Assembly: GCA_001803165.1 (NCBI GenBank)
Contig: MHAZ01000016.1
Location: 23,219 to 87,218, forward strand
Direction of reading: 5' to 3'
DNA length: 64,000 nucleotides
DNA from: Stygiobacter sp. RIFOXYC2_FULL_38_25
Lineage (GTDB): Bacteria > Bacteroidota > Ignavibacteria > Ignavibacteriales > Melioribacteraceae
The position numbers and the translations under genes are program-made. The notes beneath the pieces were generated by a model that did not search any database, was not told the origin of the DNA, and was given only the letters and a program-made list of their open reading frames with translations. Below, piece after piece: positions 1 to 10,162 of the stretch (positions are counted from its first letter, which is position 1; the number at the start of each line of letters is the position of its first letter).

Positions 1-1933
1 CCGTAATCGGCTGACCGAATCTATCGAGTTGACCTTTCTTAACAATCTCATCATTGAACAGCATGTAATAACCATTCACTTGAACTGTGTAGCGTCCATC
101 ATTGTAATATGAACCAAGCTCAATGTTGTTCATTGTTTCCGGTTTAACTAACGGATTATTGAAATCATAAGCACCACCGGATGTTCTCTCAAATTGCGGG
201 ACTTCTCCGCCGCTCGATTCAGCAGCATCGTAATAGTTCTTCAGTCTCGGCTCTCTCGAAACTCTTGCAAAAGAGAAATAGAAGCTCGCGTTAGAATCAT
301 ACTTGTAGTTAATTCCAAATCTCGGATTCAAAAACAAGTTGCTCACTTCAAAATCTGTATTCAGATATTTCTCATCGAACAATTTGTATTTGTGATAAGT
401 AAGCTGAGCTTCAGCAAGAATGTTAATCTTATCGTTCAGTGAATAGTTTTCGTTAACAAAGAATCCAATAATATCTTTAGCGCCGGCATATTGATAATAC
501 CTGTAACTGCTTGGAATTCCTTCCGGCAAATTCTCTGCAAACTTTATACTTCCCCAATGTATTGAATTGTGAAATCTTAATTCACCGCCCAAAATCAATT
601 CGCCGGAATTGTGCTTAATACTTACACGTGGAATCCAGCCCCACTGTTTATTGTTTACCATTGCGCGGATTAAAGCATTGCCGGGATTTGCTTTTGCGTT
701 GAACCCAAAATCTTTTGTTAGACGGAAATAGTTTGTATCAGCCCACGAAGCATCGTAATCAAAGAAGCCGTTACCTAGCACTAAGAATAGCGCAGAGTTG
801 ATAGAAACATCGTCATTGAGTTTATATTCATTCAGCAATTCAAAGTGAGGCTGAGAAAAATTTTCAATTTCGTCGGCTCTTCTTTGAGTTGCATAAGTAA
901 TCTTATCTGCGTCAGCTTCCCAGTAAGAATAATTCGCTTTTCTAAGGACGCGGTCTTCAATTGCGAATTTCGGCAAGCCGGTATATGCTAAGCCATCCTC
1001 AATCGGTCCACCATATAAATTTATCTGTGAAGTTAATTTGTCATCAAACCTTACTGCACTAAGATAATATGATTTTAAATCTGCCCAGCTATAATCTCTG
1101 TATCCGCTGCTTTTAGTTTGTGAAAGTTTAGCAGAAAAAGAATACCTGTTCCCAATCAGTCCGCTCGATACCAAAAGAGAATTCTTTCTTGTGTTATAGT
1201 TTCCTATTGATGAAGTTAATTCGAAACGTGGTCTGTCTGAAAATGAAGAAGTAATAATATTGACCGAGCCTCCAATTGCCGGATAGCCGATCATTCCGGA
1301 ACCGGCACCGCGCTGCACTTGAATCAAATCTGTGTTCTCAATTAAATCCGGAAAGTCTAACCAGTAAACATTATGATCTTCAGGATCGTTTTGCGGAATT
1401 CCATTTACCGAAACTGAAATTCTTCTTTGATCAAATCCTCGAATACTGAGATAATTGTAGCCAATTCCATTTCCATTTTCTGAATAGAAAGTTACTGAAG
1501 GAAGATAACTTAAAAGCTCCGGCACATCCTGGTTGGTGTAATTTGGAATAAATTCTTCCCGCTTAATTTTTGAAAAGCTAACTGGAGATTGTCCTTCAAC
1601 ACCAATGCTTCCTTTAACTAGAATTGTTTGGCTGGAAATTAATTTAGGAACGAGGGTAATAAATTCAACGCTCCGGTCTAATAATCCTTTTACCGAAATT
1701 CTTTTTGTTTCAAAACCAACATGAGCAATAATTAGAACATCTTGTTCGGTGAACTCCCCTTTCAGAATAAATAAACCTCCCTCAATAGTTGCTGCTCCTA
1801 TTGCTTTTCCCTCAACAGTTACGGATGCGTATTGGATTGGGTGATTATCGGTAGAACTGACAACCTTAGCGGTTATTGTTTGCTGCGCAAAAATAGATTG
1901 CGCAAATAATAAAAGAACAATTAAGTATTTCAT
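1..1933 (-). CDS. TonB-dependent outer-membrane receptor, probable thiamine transporter (3' end runs off the window)
   Basis: Not in the ORF track because there is no stop inside the window. ATG at 1933 with SD AGGAGG (1938-1943). Spot translation gives signal peptide MKYLIVLLLFAQSIFAQQ, plug motifs NQDVPELLSYLP and SIRGFDQRRISVSVNGIPQNDPEDHNVYW, and still in frame ...FNDEIVKKGQLDRFGQPIT at base 1. Lies downstream of a TPP riboswitch. Confidence 0.88.
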   Translation of the reverse strand, partial: MKYLIVLLLFAQSIFAQQTITAKVVSSTDNHPIQYASVTVEGKAIGAATIEGGLFILKGEFTEQDVLIIAHVGFETKRISVKGLLDRSVEFITLVPKLISSQTILVKGSIGVEGQSPVSFSKIKREEFIPNYTNQDVPELLSYLPSVTFYSENGNGIGYNYLSIRGFDQRRISVSVNGIPQNDPEDHNVYWLDFPDLIENTDLIQVQRGAGSGMIGYPAIGGSVNIITSSFSDRPRFELTSSIGNYNTRKNSLLVSSGLIGNRYSFSAKLSQTKSSGYRDYSWADLKSYYLSAVRFDDKLTSQINLYGGPIEDGLAYTGLPKFAIEDRVLRKANYSYWEADADKITYATQRRADEIENFSQPHFELLNEYKLNDDVSINSALFLVLGNGFFDYDASWADTNYFRLTKDFGFNAKANPGNALIRAMVNNKQWGWIPRVSIKHNSGELILGGELRFHNSIHWGSIKFAENLPEGIPSSYRYYQYAGAKDIIGFFVNENYSLNDKINILAEAQLTYHKYKLFDEKYLNTDFEVSNLFLNPRFGINYKYDSNASFYFSFARVSREPRLKNYYDAAESSGGEVPQFERTSGGAYDFNNPLVKPETMNNIELGSYYNDGRYTVQVNGYYMLFNDEIVKKGQLDRFGQPIT

Positions 1934-1951
1934 TGTACCTCCTTTAAAATG

Positions 1952-1995
1952 AAAAAGCCGTTCGAACTTGCCAAACTACGGCAGCGAAAACGGCA
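1952..1995 (-). terminator. Intrinsic terminator in the riboswitch expression platform
   Basis: Minus strand GCCGTT...TGCC-GTAGTTT-GGCA...AACGGC followed by TTTTT, between the aptamer and the RBS. Confidence 0.6.
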
Positions 1996-2010
1996 TACTT
2001 AATTATTCTG

Positions 2011-2095
2011 CCCGTCTTCCTACGCTGGCATTATCCAGTTCAGGTTCAAGGGTGTGATCTCAGCGCCTCGGAATTAGGAGGGCACCCCTAACAGC
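2011..2095 (-). ncRNA. TPP (thiamine pyrophosphate) riboswitch aptamer
   Basis: Minus strand gctgttAGGGGTGC...GCTGAGAtcacACCCTTGAACCTGAactggaTAATgccaGCGTAGGAAgacggg carries the hallmark TPP motifs (GGGGTGC, CTGAGA, ACCTGA, TAAT, AGCGTAGG). Confidence 0.93.
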
Positions 2096-2119
2096 TTTTA
2101 TTATTATTTAATGAACGAA

Positions 2120-5074
2120 TTAATTCTGAATTTTGAGCTTCTGACCAACTTTAACTTTTTCGTCTTTCAAATTATTCCATGCGATTAAATCGGCAACTTT
2201 AACATTATTCTTTTTTGCAATTGTCCAAAGGTTTTCGCCATTTTTTACTTTATAAGTTGTATATGCGATGTTTTCACTTCCCGCAGTTGCTTTCTTATCG
2301 GCTTTAACTGAAGTATAAACTAGAATTGCTTGTCCTTCAACAATTTTGCTGCTTTTCAAATTGTTCCAATCTTTCAATTCATCAACACTAACTTTGAATT
2401 TGTTAGCTATAACTTCAAGATTCTCACCTTGTTTTACTTTGTATAGCGTTACTTTGCTGTTTGTCGCAACTTTTGAAGAAGATTTATCAGTTGCAGCGCT
2501 CGCCTTTTCTACTATTGAAGTATCGGCTTTCTTCTTTTCAGTTTTCTGTTTAGCTGCAGTTTCGTTTGACACTGATGCGTCTGAATAAATCACTAAAGAT
2601 TTTCCCGAAATCAATTTATTAGATTTCAATCCGTTCCAAGATTTTATTTCACTTATAGAAACATCAAAGCTTTCTGCGATTTCGCCAATAGAATCACCCG
2701 GCTTAATTGTATAGCGAGTTAAATTTCCATCTTTGCGCGGAGCGTTATCACCAATTGAACTAACAGTTTCTTTTCCGTGAATAACTAGGCTTTGTCCTTT
2801 CAGTAATCTGTTCGATTCAAGATTGTTCCATTTTCTAAGTTGAGCTACAGTAGTTCCATACTTCTGAGCAATCTTTCCAAGTGAATCGCCGTTTTTAACT
2901 TTATATTTTGTGGCTTTTCCGCTTGCGTTTGTTGCTACTTGTTTTCCAGCAGCATCACCATTATAAACCATTAATTTTCTGCCGCGTTGTATGCTGTTGC
3001 CTTTTATGTTATTCCATGATTTTAACTGAGCAATTGTAACACCATATTTTGTAGCGATACTGGAGAGTGTTTCTCCGGACTTAATTCTATGTTCTATTGA
3101 AGAATCACCACCGTTAACAAAAAGTAAACTTCCCTTCTCAGTTTCGCTCATCTTGTCAATGGATGCATAGTAATCAACTTTGTCATTAGGAACATAAATA
3201 GTTAATTCTTGACCAACTCGTGCGCGGGATGTGTAAGGCAAGTTGTTCCAGTTACGGATGTCGGCTATTCTAACACCAAACAAATCCGAAATGTTAACCA
3301 AGTTATCTTTGCTTTTAACTACATACTTAATAGCGCTTTTGCCTTCAGGAACTATATAAGCAATTGTATCGCCGGAAGTATTTGAGTTCTCCTGATATAG
3401 CTTTGCAAATTGTTCGGCATTAGTCGCATCTGTCAAATGCAAAGTGTAAGACGGCTTGCTTCCTAAAGAATGGAAATCATCTTCTACTGCCGGGAGTTCA
3501 TCTGTGTTTACAACAAAATCATAATCGTTAATTTTTGAAGTTGGGATTTTTAATTCTCTTCCGCTAATTAATCTTTTACGTGTAGAAACATTGTTTACAT
3601 CTGCCAGCTCTGAAATACTAACATCATACTTCTTGGCAATCTGAGAAAGTTTTTCTCCTGGTTTAACAATGTGAGTTAGGAATTGAACTTTAGCATCGTC
3701 CGGAATATTTTTTACATTTTCAGCGAATGCTTCGAGTGTTTTTGCCGGAATTTTCAACGGATATCCGCCATCATAATCCGGAGGTGTTGAGTTCTGAGTT
3801 AGTTCCGGGTTTAATTCCTTCATTAACTCCAAACTAATTCCAGCGCATTTAGCTAATATGTTTAAATCGTAAGCTTCGTTAACTGTAAATGTTGCAAAAT
3901 CATGCGGCTTCATGTATTGAATATCGTTGAAACCAAATTTATCCGGTTGGCTGGCAATTAAAGTGACAGCGATATATTGAGGGACGTAACTTCTTGTTTC
4001 CTTCGGGAGATATTTTCTAATCGCCCAAAAACTCTTAATAGATTCACTATCATCAAAATAACTTTGCATTTCTTTAGGAGCAGAAGTACTTATGCCGGCT
4101 CTTCTGGCAGCCTTTTTAACTCTTCCTTCGCCGCTATTATAAGCAGCCAAAGCCAAATTCCAATCACCAAGAGACATATATAAATCTCTTAAATGTCTCG
4201 CTGCCGCTCTTGTAGCTTTTTCCGGGTCTCTGCGCTCATCAATATTAAAATTGATTTTGAGATCATAAAGCTTTCCCGTTCCCTTAATAAATTGCCACAT
4301 ACCCACAGCTCTTGCCCAAGAACGGGCAAATGGATTAAGACCGCTTTCAACCATACTTAAGAAGATTAACTGTTGCGGTACTTTTTCTTCCTGGAAAATC
4401 TTTGCCATCATCGGAAAATATTTGCCGGATCTTGAGAGCCACAACTCCATATGCTTACGTCCTCTGCCGGTGAAGTACTCAATCCATTGTTCTACGTGGT
4501 TGTTTACTTCAAGAGGAAAATCTCCAACGCGTACAATTGTACTTTTTTCTGCTTCAGCCGGTTCAGCATTAACTGTTGTTGAATCTTCTTCAACATCTGC
4601 AACAGCTTCAACATCGGTAATTTTATTGTCCATCCATTCTTTTAAGGCACTAAAGGAAACATCTTCCGGTAACTCATCAAAACTTGCAACTAATTTTTGG
4701 TAATCTTCTACAATCGAGCCTTCTAATTCATCGAAAGCTTCGTTGTCTTCAATTTCCGGGTAATAGCTAAGTTTATTTATTGTAGATAAGGAGGATTCAA
4801 AGTAGTTAACAGCTTCTGTCTTAAAACCAAGTTTCTGCTGGTAAAGCGCGTTAACATAATCACGGCGAGCGCTCTCCATCATCTGGTTTACCATAGATTT
4901 ACTTTCTATAGTCTTTACGGTGTCTGGAATTGCTATTTGGGAATATTGTTGGGGTAAGTTGGTTGATGATTTGAGTGTTGAACAAGCGGCAATAACGAAC
5001 ACACTAATCACCATCATCGGTAAGATGAGCAGTTTCTTCACACACGACTCCGTAAGTTTGAATTTTGGTTGCAA
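2120..5074 (-). CDS. mltD: MltD-family lytic murein transglycosylase with 7 LysM domains, probable lipoprotein
   Basis: SLT motifs [21 protein letters not shown]; seven LysM repeats; lipobox-like VIAAC. Start codon uncertain. Confidence 0.85.
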   Translation of the reverse strand: MQPKFKLTESCVKKLLILPMMVISVFVIAACSTLKSSTNLPQQYSQIAIPDTVKTIESKSMVNQMMESARRDYVNALYQQKLGFKTEAVNYFESSLSTINKLSYYPEIEDNEAFDELEGSIVEDYQKLVASFDELPEDVSFSALKEWMDNKITDVEAVADVEEDSTTVNAEPAEAEKSTIVRVGDFPLEVNNHVEQWIEYFTGRGRKHMELWLSRSGKYFPMMAKIFQEEKVPQQLIFLSMVESGLNPFARSWARAVGMWQFIKGTGKLYDLKINFNIDERRDPEKATRAAARHLRDLYMSLGDWNLALAAYNSGEGRVKKAARRAGISTSAPKEMQSYFDDSESIKSFWAIRKYLPKETRSYVPQYIAVTLIASQPDKFGFNDIQYMKPHDFATFTVNEAYDLNILAKCAGISLELMKELNPELTQNSTPPDYDGGYPLKIPAKTLEAFAENVKNIPDDAKVQFLTHIVKPGEKLSQIAKKYDVSISELADVNNVSTRKRLISGRELKIPTSKINDYDFVVNTDELPAVEDDFHSLGSKPSYTLHLTDATNAEQFAKLYQENSNTSGDTIAYIVPEGKSAIKYVVKSKDNLVNISDLFGVRIADIRNWNNLPYTSRARVGQELTIYVPNDKVDYYASIDKMSETEKGSLLFVNGGDSSIEHRIKSGETLSSIATKYGVTIAQLKSWNNIKGNSIQRGRKLMVYNGDAAGKQVATNASGKATKYKVKNGDSLGKIAQKYGTTVAQLRKWNNLESNRLLKGQSLVIHGKETVSSIGDNAPRKDGNLTRYTIKPGDSIGEIAESFDVSISEIKSWNGLKSNKLISGKSLVIYSDASVSNETAAKQKTEKKKADTSIVEKASAATDKSSSKVATNSKVTLYKVKQGENLEVIANKFKVSVDELKDWNNLKSSKIVEGQAILVYTSVKADKKATAGSENIAYTTYKVKNGENLWTIAKKNNVKVADLIAWNNLKDEKVKVGQKLKIQN

Positions 5075-5152
5075 TTTAAGCCCATATCAAAATAATGTCA
5101 AGCTACTTGTTATTCTAATATGAATTAAGATATAAAAAACAACAACTTAGTT

Positions 5153-6697
5153 TTAGAGTGGAATATTGCAATGCTTCTTTTTAGGGTTTGAATCAACCTT
5201 AGTTTTTAGTAACTGAAACGCCTGAACAATTTTAAGACGAGTCTCTCTTGGAATAATAACTTCGTCAATAAATCCGCGTTCTGCGGCTATGTAAGGATTA
5301 GTAAACTTGTCTATGTAGAAAGATAAAACTTCATTCAATTTTTCTGCTTTATCTACTGCTTGCGAGATTTCCTTCTTAAAGATTATTTCTACCGCACCTT
5401 TTGGTCCCATAACTGCAATTTCTGCGCTTGGCCAAGCGTAATTAAAATCGCCACGTATGTGTTTCGAGTTCATTACATCGTAAGCGCCGCCATAAGCTTT
5501 TCTAACAATCACAGTAACTTTAGGGACTGTAGCCTCGCAGAAAGCAAAAAGCAGTTTAGCTCCGTGGCGGATTATTCCATTCCACTCTTGTTCAGTCCCG
5601 GGTAAAAATCCGGGCACATCTTCAAGTACAAGCAAAGGAATATTGAAAGCATCGCAGAAGCGGACAAATCTTGCACCTTTAACAGAAGCATTAATATCCA
5701 ACACGCCCGCTAGGACGGCAGGTTGATTTGCGACAACACCAATAGAAACACCACCAACTCTTGCAAATCCAACAATAATGTTCTGAGCATAGTTTGGCTG
5801 AACTTCTAAAAAGTCTCCATCATCAATAAGCAACTGAATTACATCGTGCATATTGTAAGGCTTGTTTGGGGTGTCCGGAATAACATTATCTAATTTCTCG
5901 TTGATTAGATTCGATGCAAAATCGAACTTAGAATCCGGCGCATTGTCTTTCCAGTTTAAAGGAAGAAAGCCAACTAACTTTCTAATGTTTTCAAGGATTT
6001 CAACTTCACTATCGAATACAAAATGAGCAACGCCGCTTTTAGTTGCGTGAGTTTCAGCTCCGCCAAGGTCTTCAAAGCTTACTTCTTCATGTGTAACGGT
6101 TTTTACAACATTTGGTCCGGTAACAAACATGTGGCTTGTATGATTTACCATGAAGACGAAATCTGTAATTGCCGGCGAATAAACTGCACCGCCGGCACAA
6201 GGACCTAGTATAGCTGAGATTTGCGGAACAACGCCGGAAGCAAGTGTATTGCGAAGAAAAATATCGGCATAGCCGCCTAAACTGTTTACACCTTCTTGTA
6301 TGCGAGCCCCGCCGGAATCGTTTAAGCCAATTACAGGGATTCCAAGTTTCAGCGCCGTATCCATAATCTTGCAAATCTTTTCAGCGTTTGTTTCAGATAG
6401 CGAACCACCAAACACAGTAAAGTCCTGGCTGAAAAGAGCAATTTGTCTTCCATTAATTTTTGCGAAACCGGTTACAACTCCATCGCCGGAATATTTCTGT
6501 TTCTCAAGTCCAAAATCACTGCTTCTATGTTTAACAAACATATCAACTTCGGAAAAACTCCCTTCATCAACTAAAAGCTGAATTCTTTCACGCGCAGTAA
6601 GTTTTCCTTTTTCATGCTGGATACGAATTTTATCTTCGCCTCCGCCGGTCTTGGATTCTTCACGCAGCTTTTCTAGTTGTTCTATCTTGTTTTTCAT
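5153..6697 (-). CDS. pccB: Acyl-CoA (propionyl/methylmalonyl-CoA) carboxylase, carboxyltransferase beta subunit
   Basis: [49 protein letters not shown]. Start refined to MKNKIEQ (6697), 1 nt after the upstream stop; the ORF track gives 6733. Confidence 0.9.
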   Translation of the reverse strand: MKNKIEQLEKLREESKTGGGEDKIRIQHEKGKLTARERIQLLVDEGSFSEVDMFVKHRSSDFGLEKQKYSGDGVVTGFAKINGRQIALFSQDFTVFGGSLSETNAEKICKIMDTALKLGIPVIGLNDSGGARIQEGVNSLGGYADIFLRNTLASGVVPQISAILGPCAGGAVYSPAITDFVFMVNHTSHMFVTGPNVVKTVTHEEVSFEDLGGAETHATKSGVAHFVFDSEVEILENIRKLVGFLPLNWKDNAPDSKFDFASNLINEKLDNVIPDTPNKPYNMHDVIQLLIDDGDFLEVQPNYAQNIIVGFARVGGVSIGVVANQPAVLAGVLDINASVKGARFVRFCDAFNIPLLVLEDVPGFLPGTEQEWNGIIRHGAKLLFAFCEATVPKVTVIVRKAYGGAYDVMNSKHIRGDFNYAWPSAEIAVMGPKGAVEIIFKKEISQAVDKAEKLNEVLSFYIDKFTNPYIAAERGFIDEVIIPRETRLKIVQAFQLLKTKVDSNPKKKHCNIPL

Positions 6698-6698
6698 C

Positions 6699-7433
6699 TT
6701 AGAGCGAAATTGTGAATGACTGATGTGTGGCAAAACTTTTTGCTAGTTTTTCAGAACTGGTAAGATATTCGGAATAAGAAGATGAATTCATTCTATCCGA
6801 AATATTTGTAGAAGAGTATTCGACTTTTTCGGATGGCAGATTACCGGTGCTTCCCTTTTTCATAAACAAAATTGTTTGGGATACCAATAATGCTTCACTA
6901 AGATTTGATGTCGCAAGCAAAATTGTTGTTTTAGTTTCCTTGTTTAAATCAACAATTAGCTGAAGCATTTCCAATTTTGTTTTCTGATCCATCGCTGCAA
7001 ACGGTTCATCCAGCAATATTATTTTGGGATTAACTGCTAACGCTCTTGCGATTGCTATTCTGAAGCGGAAACCCAAACTCTTGTTGTTTGGGTAATGATT
7101 CTCGTATCCTTCTAAACCCACCAAATGAACAAGTTTTTTTTGAGTTTGATCATCAAGTTTATCATTAGCAAACAAAATATTCTCTGTAACATTCATCCAG
7201 GGAAAGCTAGATGGCTGCGAAGGAATGATGCAAGCTTTAGTTTCATTCCGATTCCCGGCATCTTCTAATTCTAATCCACTCAGTATTTTGAGAAGAGTAC
7301 TCTTTCCAGAACCGGTAGAAGCCAATAAGCTTGTTACTTCACCTTCCTTTACCTCGAAGGAAATATCGTCAAGCAGTTTTACATTCAAACCGTTTTCGTA
7401 AGTAAAGGTTTTATTAATATTCTCAAATTTCAT
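6699..7433 (-). CDS. NitT/TauT-type ABC ATP-binding protein with degenerate motifs
   Basis: Walker A-like ASTGSGKS, Q-loop FPWMNV, Walker B IILLDEPF; signature and H-loop altered. Start refined to MKFEN (7433). Confidence 0.75.
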   Translation of the reverse strand: MKFENINKTFTYENGLNVKLLDDISFEVKEGEVTSLLASTGSGKSTLLKILSGLELEDAGNRNETKACIIPSQPSSFPWMNVTENILFANDKLDDQTQKKLVHLVGLEGYENHYPNNKSLGFRFRIAIARALAVNPKIILLDEPFAAMDQKTKLEMLQLIVDLNKETKTTILLATSNLSEALLVSQTILFMKKGSTGNLPSEKVEYSSTNISDRMNSSSYSEYLTSSEKLAKSFATHQSFTISL

Positions 7434-7434
7434 T

Positions 7435-8169
7435 TTATGATTCCCAGAAAGCAATTTTCTTCTTTACAAATCTTATTGTAACAGTTCCCAGCCAAATCAA
7501 CAATGCTTGAATAATCCCGATTACTATAATTGCGCCGAGGTCTTTGTACTGTAAAGCCAAACGCATTATTGTACCCATACCAAATGACGTTGCAACAAAT
7601 TCATAAGTGAGAATAATCAGCCAAAGAATTCTTTGAAAGCGAATCGCAAGTTCGAGTAAGCTTGGTAACGAGGCTTGCCAGTAAACTTCCGAATATATTT
7701 TCTGCGGATTTAAGTTCATTCCAACGGCTATATATTCCGGTTTAATTCGGGAAAGCTCTTTCGCCAACACACGTGATAAACTTATAAAAGTTATTAGAAT
7801 CGCAAAGATGATTTTGGCTAATTCTAATCCATCAAACCAAAACGCTGTCATAAGAATTAAAAGAAAAACCGGAATTGACTTAAAGAGCTGCAGTACTTCA
7901 AGAGCTTGAAAACTTAAGAATAACTTGATAATGAACACTCTGAAAATCCACAAAAGAATTAGACTAAATCCGATGGCAAAATAAATTGTGCCCGTTGTAA
8001 TAAGCATTCCGGAAAGAAGGCTGTAATCTTGCCAAACGTGTAAAAACGATTCAAATAAAATTGTAGGTTTTGGAAGAAACTTATTAATCGGAAGTATAAA
8101 CTCAAAAAGGATGATGTAAACAAATGTTAGTACTGAAAGAATTTTGAAGTTGTTTCTGGAGCTGTTCAT
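7435..8169 (-). CDS. NitT/TauT-type ABC permease
   Basis: Multiple TM segments, FLPKPT N-terminal motif, LILTYEFV..SFGMGT C-terminal motif; stop lies 1 nt before the ATPase ATG. Confidence 0.75.
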   Translation of the reverse strand: MNSSRNNFKILSVLTFVYIILFEFILPINKFLPKPTILFESFLHVWQDYSLLSGMLITTGTIYFAIGFSLILLWIFRVFIIKLFLSFQALEVLQLFKSIPVFLLILMTAFWFDGLELAKIIFAILITFISLSRVLAKELSRIKPEYIAVGMNLNPQKIYSEVYWQASLPSLLELAIRFQRILWLIILTYEFVATSFGMGTIMRLALQYKDLGAIIVIGIIQALLIWLGTVTIRFVKKKIAFWES

Positions 8170-8219
8170 TCTTTACGCCATAAATTTCGTTTTCAATATA
8201 TTGCTTGAAACATGCTAAA

Positions 8220-8864
8220 TCAATTAATCAAAAAAGGATTCCGCGCTCTTTCATGCCCAATTGTAGTTGATGATTCATGTCCGGGATAAACTTTGACATC
8301 GTCCGGCAGCACAAGCAATTTTGTTTTAATGGAACTTAATAATGTTTCATAATTCCCGCCCCACAAATCAGTTCTGCCAATACTTTCTTTGAACAAAACA
8401 TCTCCGGAGAACAATACTTTTTCTTTCTCGAAATACAAACTAAATTCTCCGGGGCTATGTCCTGGCGTGCTTAAAAACGTTCCTTCTATTTCACCAAGAA
8501 ATAACTTTGTAGATTGATCAATGTAAGTATCGGCATTGGGAGAAGGCTCTAAAGTGATGGCAAATTTATCCGCTTCTGCAATCATTAAATCCAATAAAAA
8601 TTCATCTTCTTTGGGAATCAGAAGTTCTGTGCCAAATTCATTTTTAACAAATGCATTACCTAAGATGTGATCAATGTGGCAGTGAGTGTTGATACAATAC
8701 TTTAATTGCAGAGAATTTTGATTGACAAACGCTTTGAATGCTTTCTGTTCGGATTCATCATACATGCCGGGATCTATAACAGCGGCGATTTTTGTAATTT
8801 CATCACAAATAATAAAAGTGTTTTCGTGGAATAGATTAAAAACAAAGCGCTGAATTTTTAACAT
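8220..8864 (-). CDS. MBL-fold metallo-hydrolase (glyoxalase II/YcbL family)
   Basis: THCHIDH, TPGHSPG, FSGDVLF, GRTDL, YPGH motifs. Confidence 0.9.
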   Translation of the reverse strand: MLKIQRFVFNLFHENTFIICDEITKIAAVIDPGMYDESEQKAFKAFVNQNSLQLKYCINTHCHIDHILGNAFVKNEFGTELLIPKEDEFLLDLMIAEADKFAITLEPSPNADTYIDQSTKLFLGEIEGTFLSTPGHSPGEFSLYFEKEKVLFSGDVLFKESIGRTDLWGGNYETLLSSIKTKLLVLPDDVKVYPGHESSTTIGHERARNPFLIN

Positions 8865-10079
8865 CTATTTCCTTTTGAAATTCTTTTTAACATTCTCAAA
8901 ATTTTGCTTGACGTAAGATTCATAGTTAGCTTTCGTTTCTTCCATTGAGTCGCCGCCAAATTTTTGTAGCACAAACTCCGCAACTACCCAAGCGACCATC
9001 CCTTCTGCAATTACTGCACACGCTGGAACCGCAACAAAATCGCTGCGCTCGCGTCTGGCTTCAACCTTTTTCATCGTAGCGAGATCAATAGATTTTAATG
9101 GTGTCATCAATGTAGAAATCGGCTTCATAGCACCACGAACAATGATCGGCAGTCCGGTTGTAATGCCACCTTCAATTCCGCCAGCATGGTTTGTGGTACG
9201 CCAAAATTTATCTTTCTTCAAAATGATTTCATCGTGAACTTGAGAGCCAAATAACTCCGCACCCTCGAATCCAATTCCAATTTCTACACCTTTAACTGCT
9301 TGAATTGACATAATAGCGTGAGCAAGCGAAGCTTCAATTCTGGTATCGTATTGAATAAAACTTCCGAGCCCAACCGGAACGCCGGAAACAACTACGAAAA
9401 ATGTTCCTCCTAATGTATCGCCCCGCTTCTTGGCAACCTTAATCTTGTTAACAATTTTCTTTTCATGTGCTTCATCAAAAACACGAACGCTGCTTTCATC
9501 AACGGCTTCGTTTATTTTTTTTGCTGAGAATTTCTCCGGCAATTCGCATGAGAATAACTTATCAACAAAATTATCTTTCGGGTAAACTCCGCCAATGCTT
9601 TCAACATAGCTTCCAACATGGATTCCAAGTTCTTCCAAAAACCTTTTAGCAACCGAACAAGCAGCAACCCGCGCTGCTGTTTCGCGCGCGCTCGATCTGT
9701 CAATCGAATTTCTGATATCGTTGTAATTATATTTCTGAGAGCCCACTAAATCCGCATGACCCGGACGAGGAATTGTAATCTTCTCGATTTCCTTATCTAT
9801 CGGTTCAACAGACATTTTCTCTGTCCAGTTTTCCCAATCCCGGTTTCTAATGAGCATGGAAATTGGCGAAGCCATTGTTTTACCAAAACGAACACCACTG
9901 AAAATTTCAGCAGTATCGGTTTCAATTTTCATGCGCAAGCCGCGTCCGTAGCCTAATTGTCTTCTTCTCAGTTCACTGTTAATATATTTCTCGCTCACCT
10001 CAAGGTTCGAGGGGAAACCGGAAACAACTGTTATTAATCCTTTGCCGTGAGATTCACCGGCTGTAACAAATTTTATCAT
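8865..10079 (-). CDS. aroC: Chorismate synthase
   Basis: TAGESHG, RPGHAD, RSSARETAARVA, NHAGGIEGGIT, RERSD. Start refined to MIKFVTAG (10079). Confidence 0.96.
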   Translation of the reverse strand: MIKFVTAGESHGKGLITVVSGFPSNLEVSEKYINSELRRRQLGYGRGLRMKIETDTAEIFSGVRFGKTMASPISMLIRNRDWENWTEKMSVEPIDKEIEKITIPRPGHADLVGSQKYNYNDIRNSIDRSSARETAARVAACSVAKRFLEELGIHVGSYVESIGGVYPKDNFVDKLFSCELPEKFSAKKINEAVDESSVRVFDEAHEKKIVNKIKVAKKRGDTLGGTFFVVVSGVPVGLGSFIQYDTRIEASLAHAIMSIQAVKGVEIGIGFEGAELFGSQVHDEIILKKDKFWRTTNHAGGIEGGITTGLPIIVRGAMKPISTLMTPLKSIDLATMKKVEARRERSDFVAVPACAVIAEGMVAWVVAEFVLQKFGGDSMEETKANYESYVKQNFENVKKNFKRK

Positions 10080-10110
10080 TGGTTCTTCTTTGATGAGTTT
10101 CTGCAAATAT

Positions 10111-10142
10111 AAAAAAAGCGCCCAAACTTTGAGCGCTTTTTT
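10111..10142 (-). terminator. Intrinsic terminator after degQ
   Basis: AAAAAAAGCGC-ccaaactttga-GCGCTTTTTT, with A/T tracts on both sides. Confidence 0.75.
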
Positions 10143-10162
10143 AGAATTAGATAAATTTATTT

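Noticed and set aside
194-442. 82-aa plus-strand ORF
   Set aside because: Antisense to the TonB receptor frame; no recognisable motifs.
5153-5180. pccB C-terminus KKHCNIPL instead of KKHGNIPL
   Set aside because: A single substitution that could be natural variation or a sequencing error.
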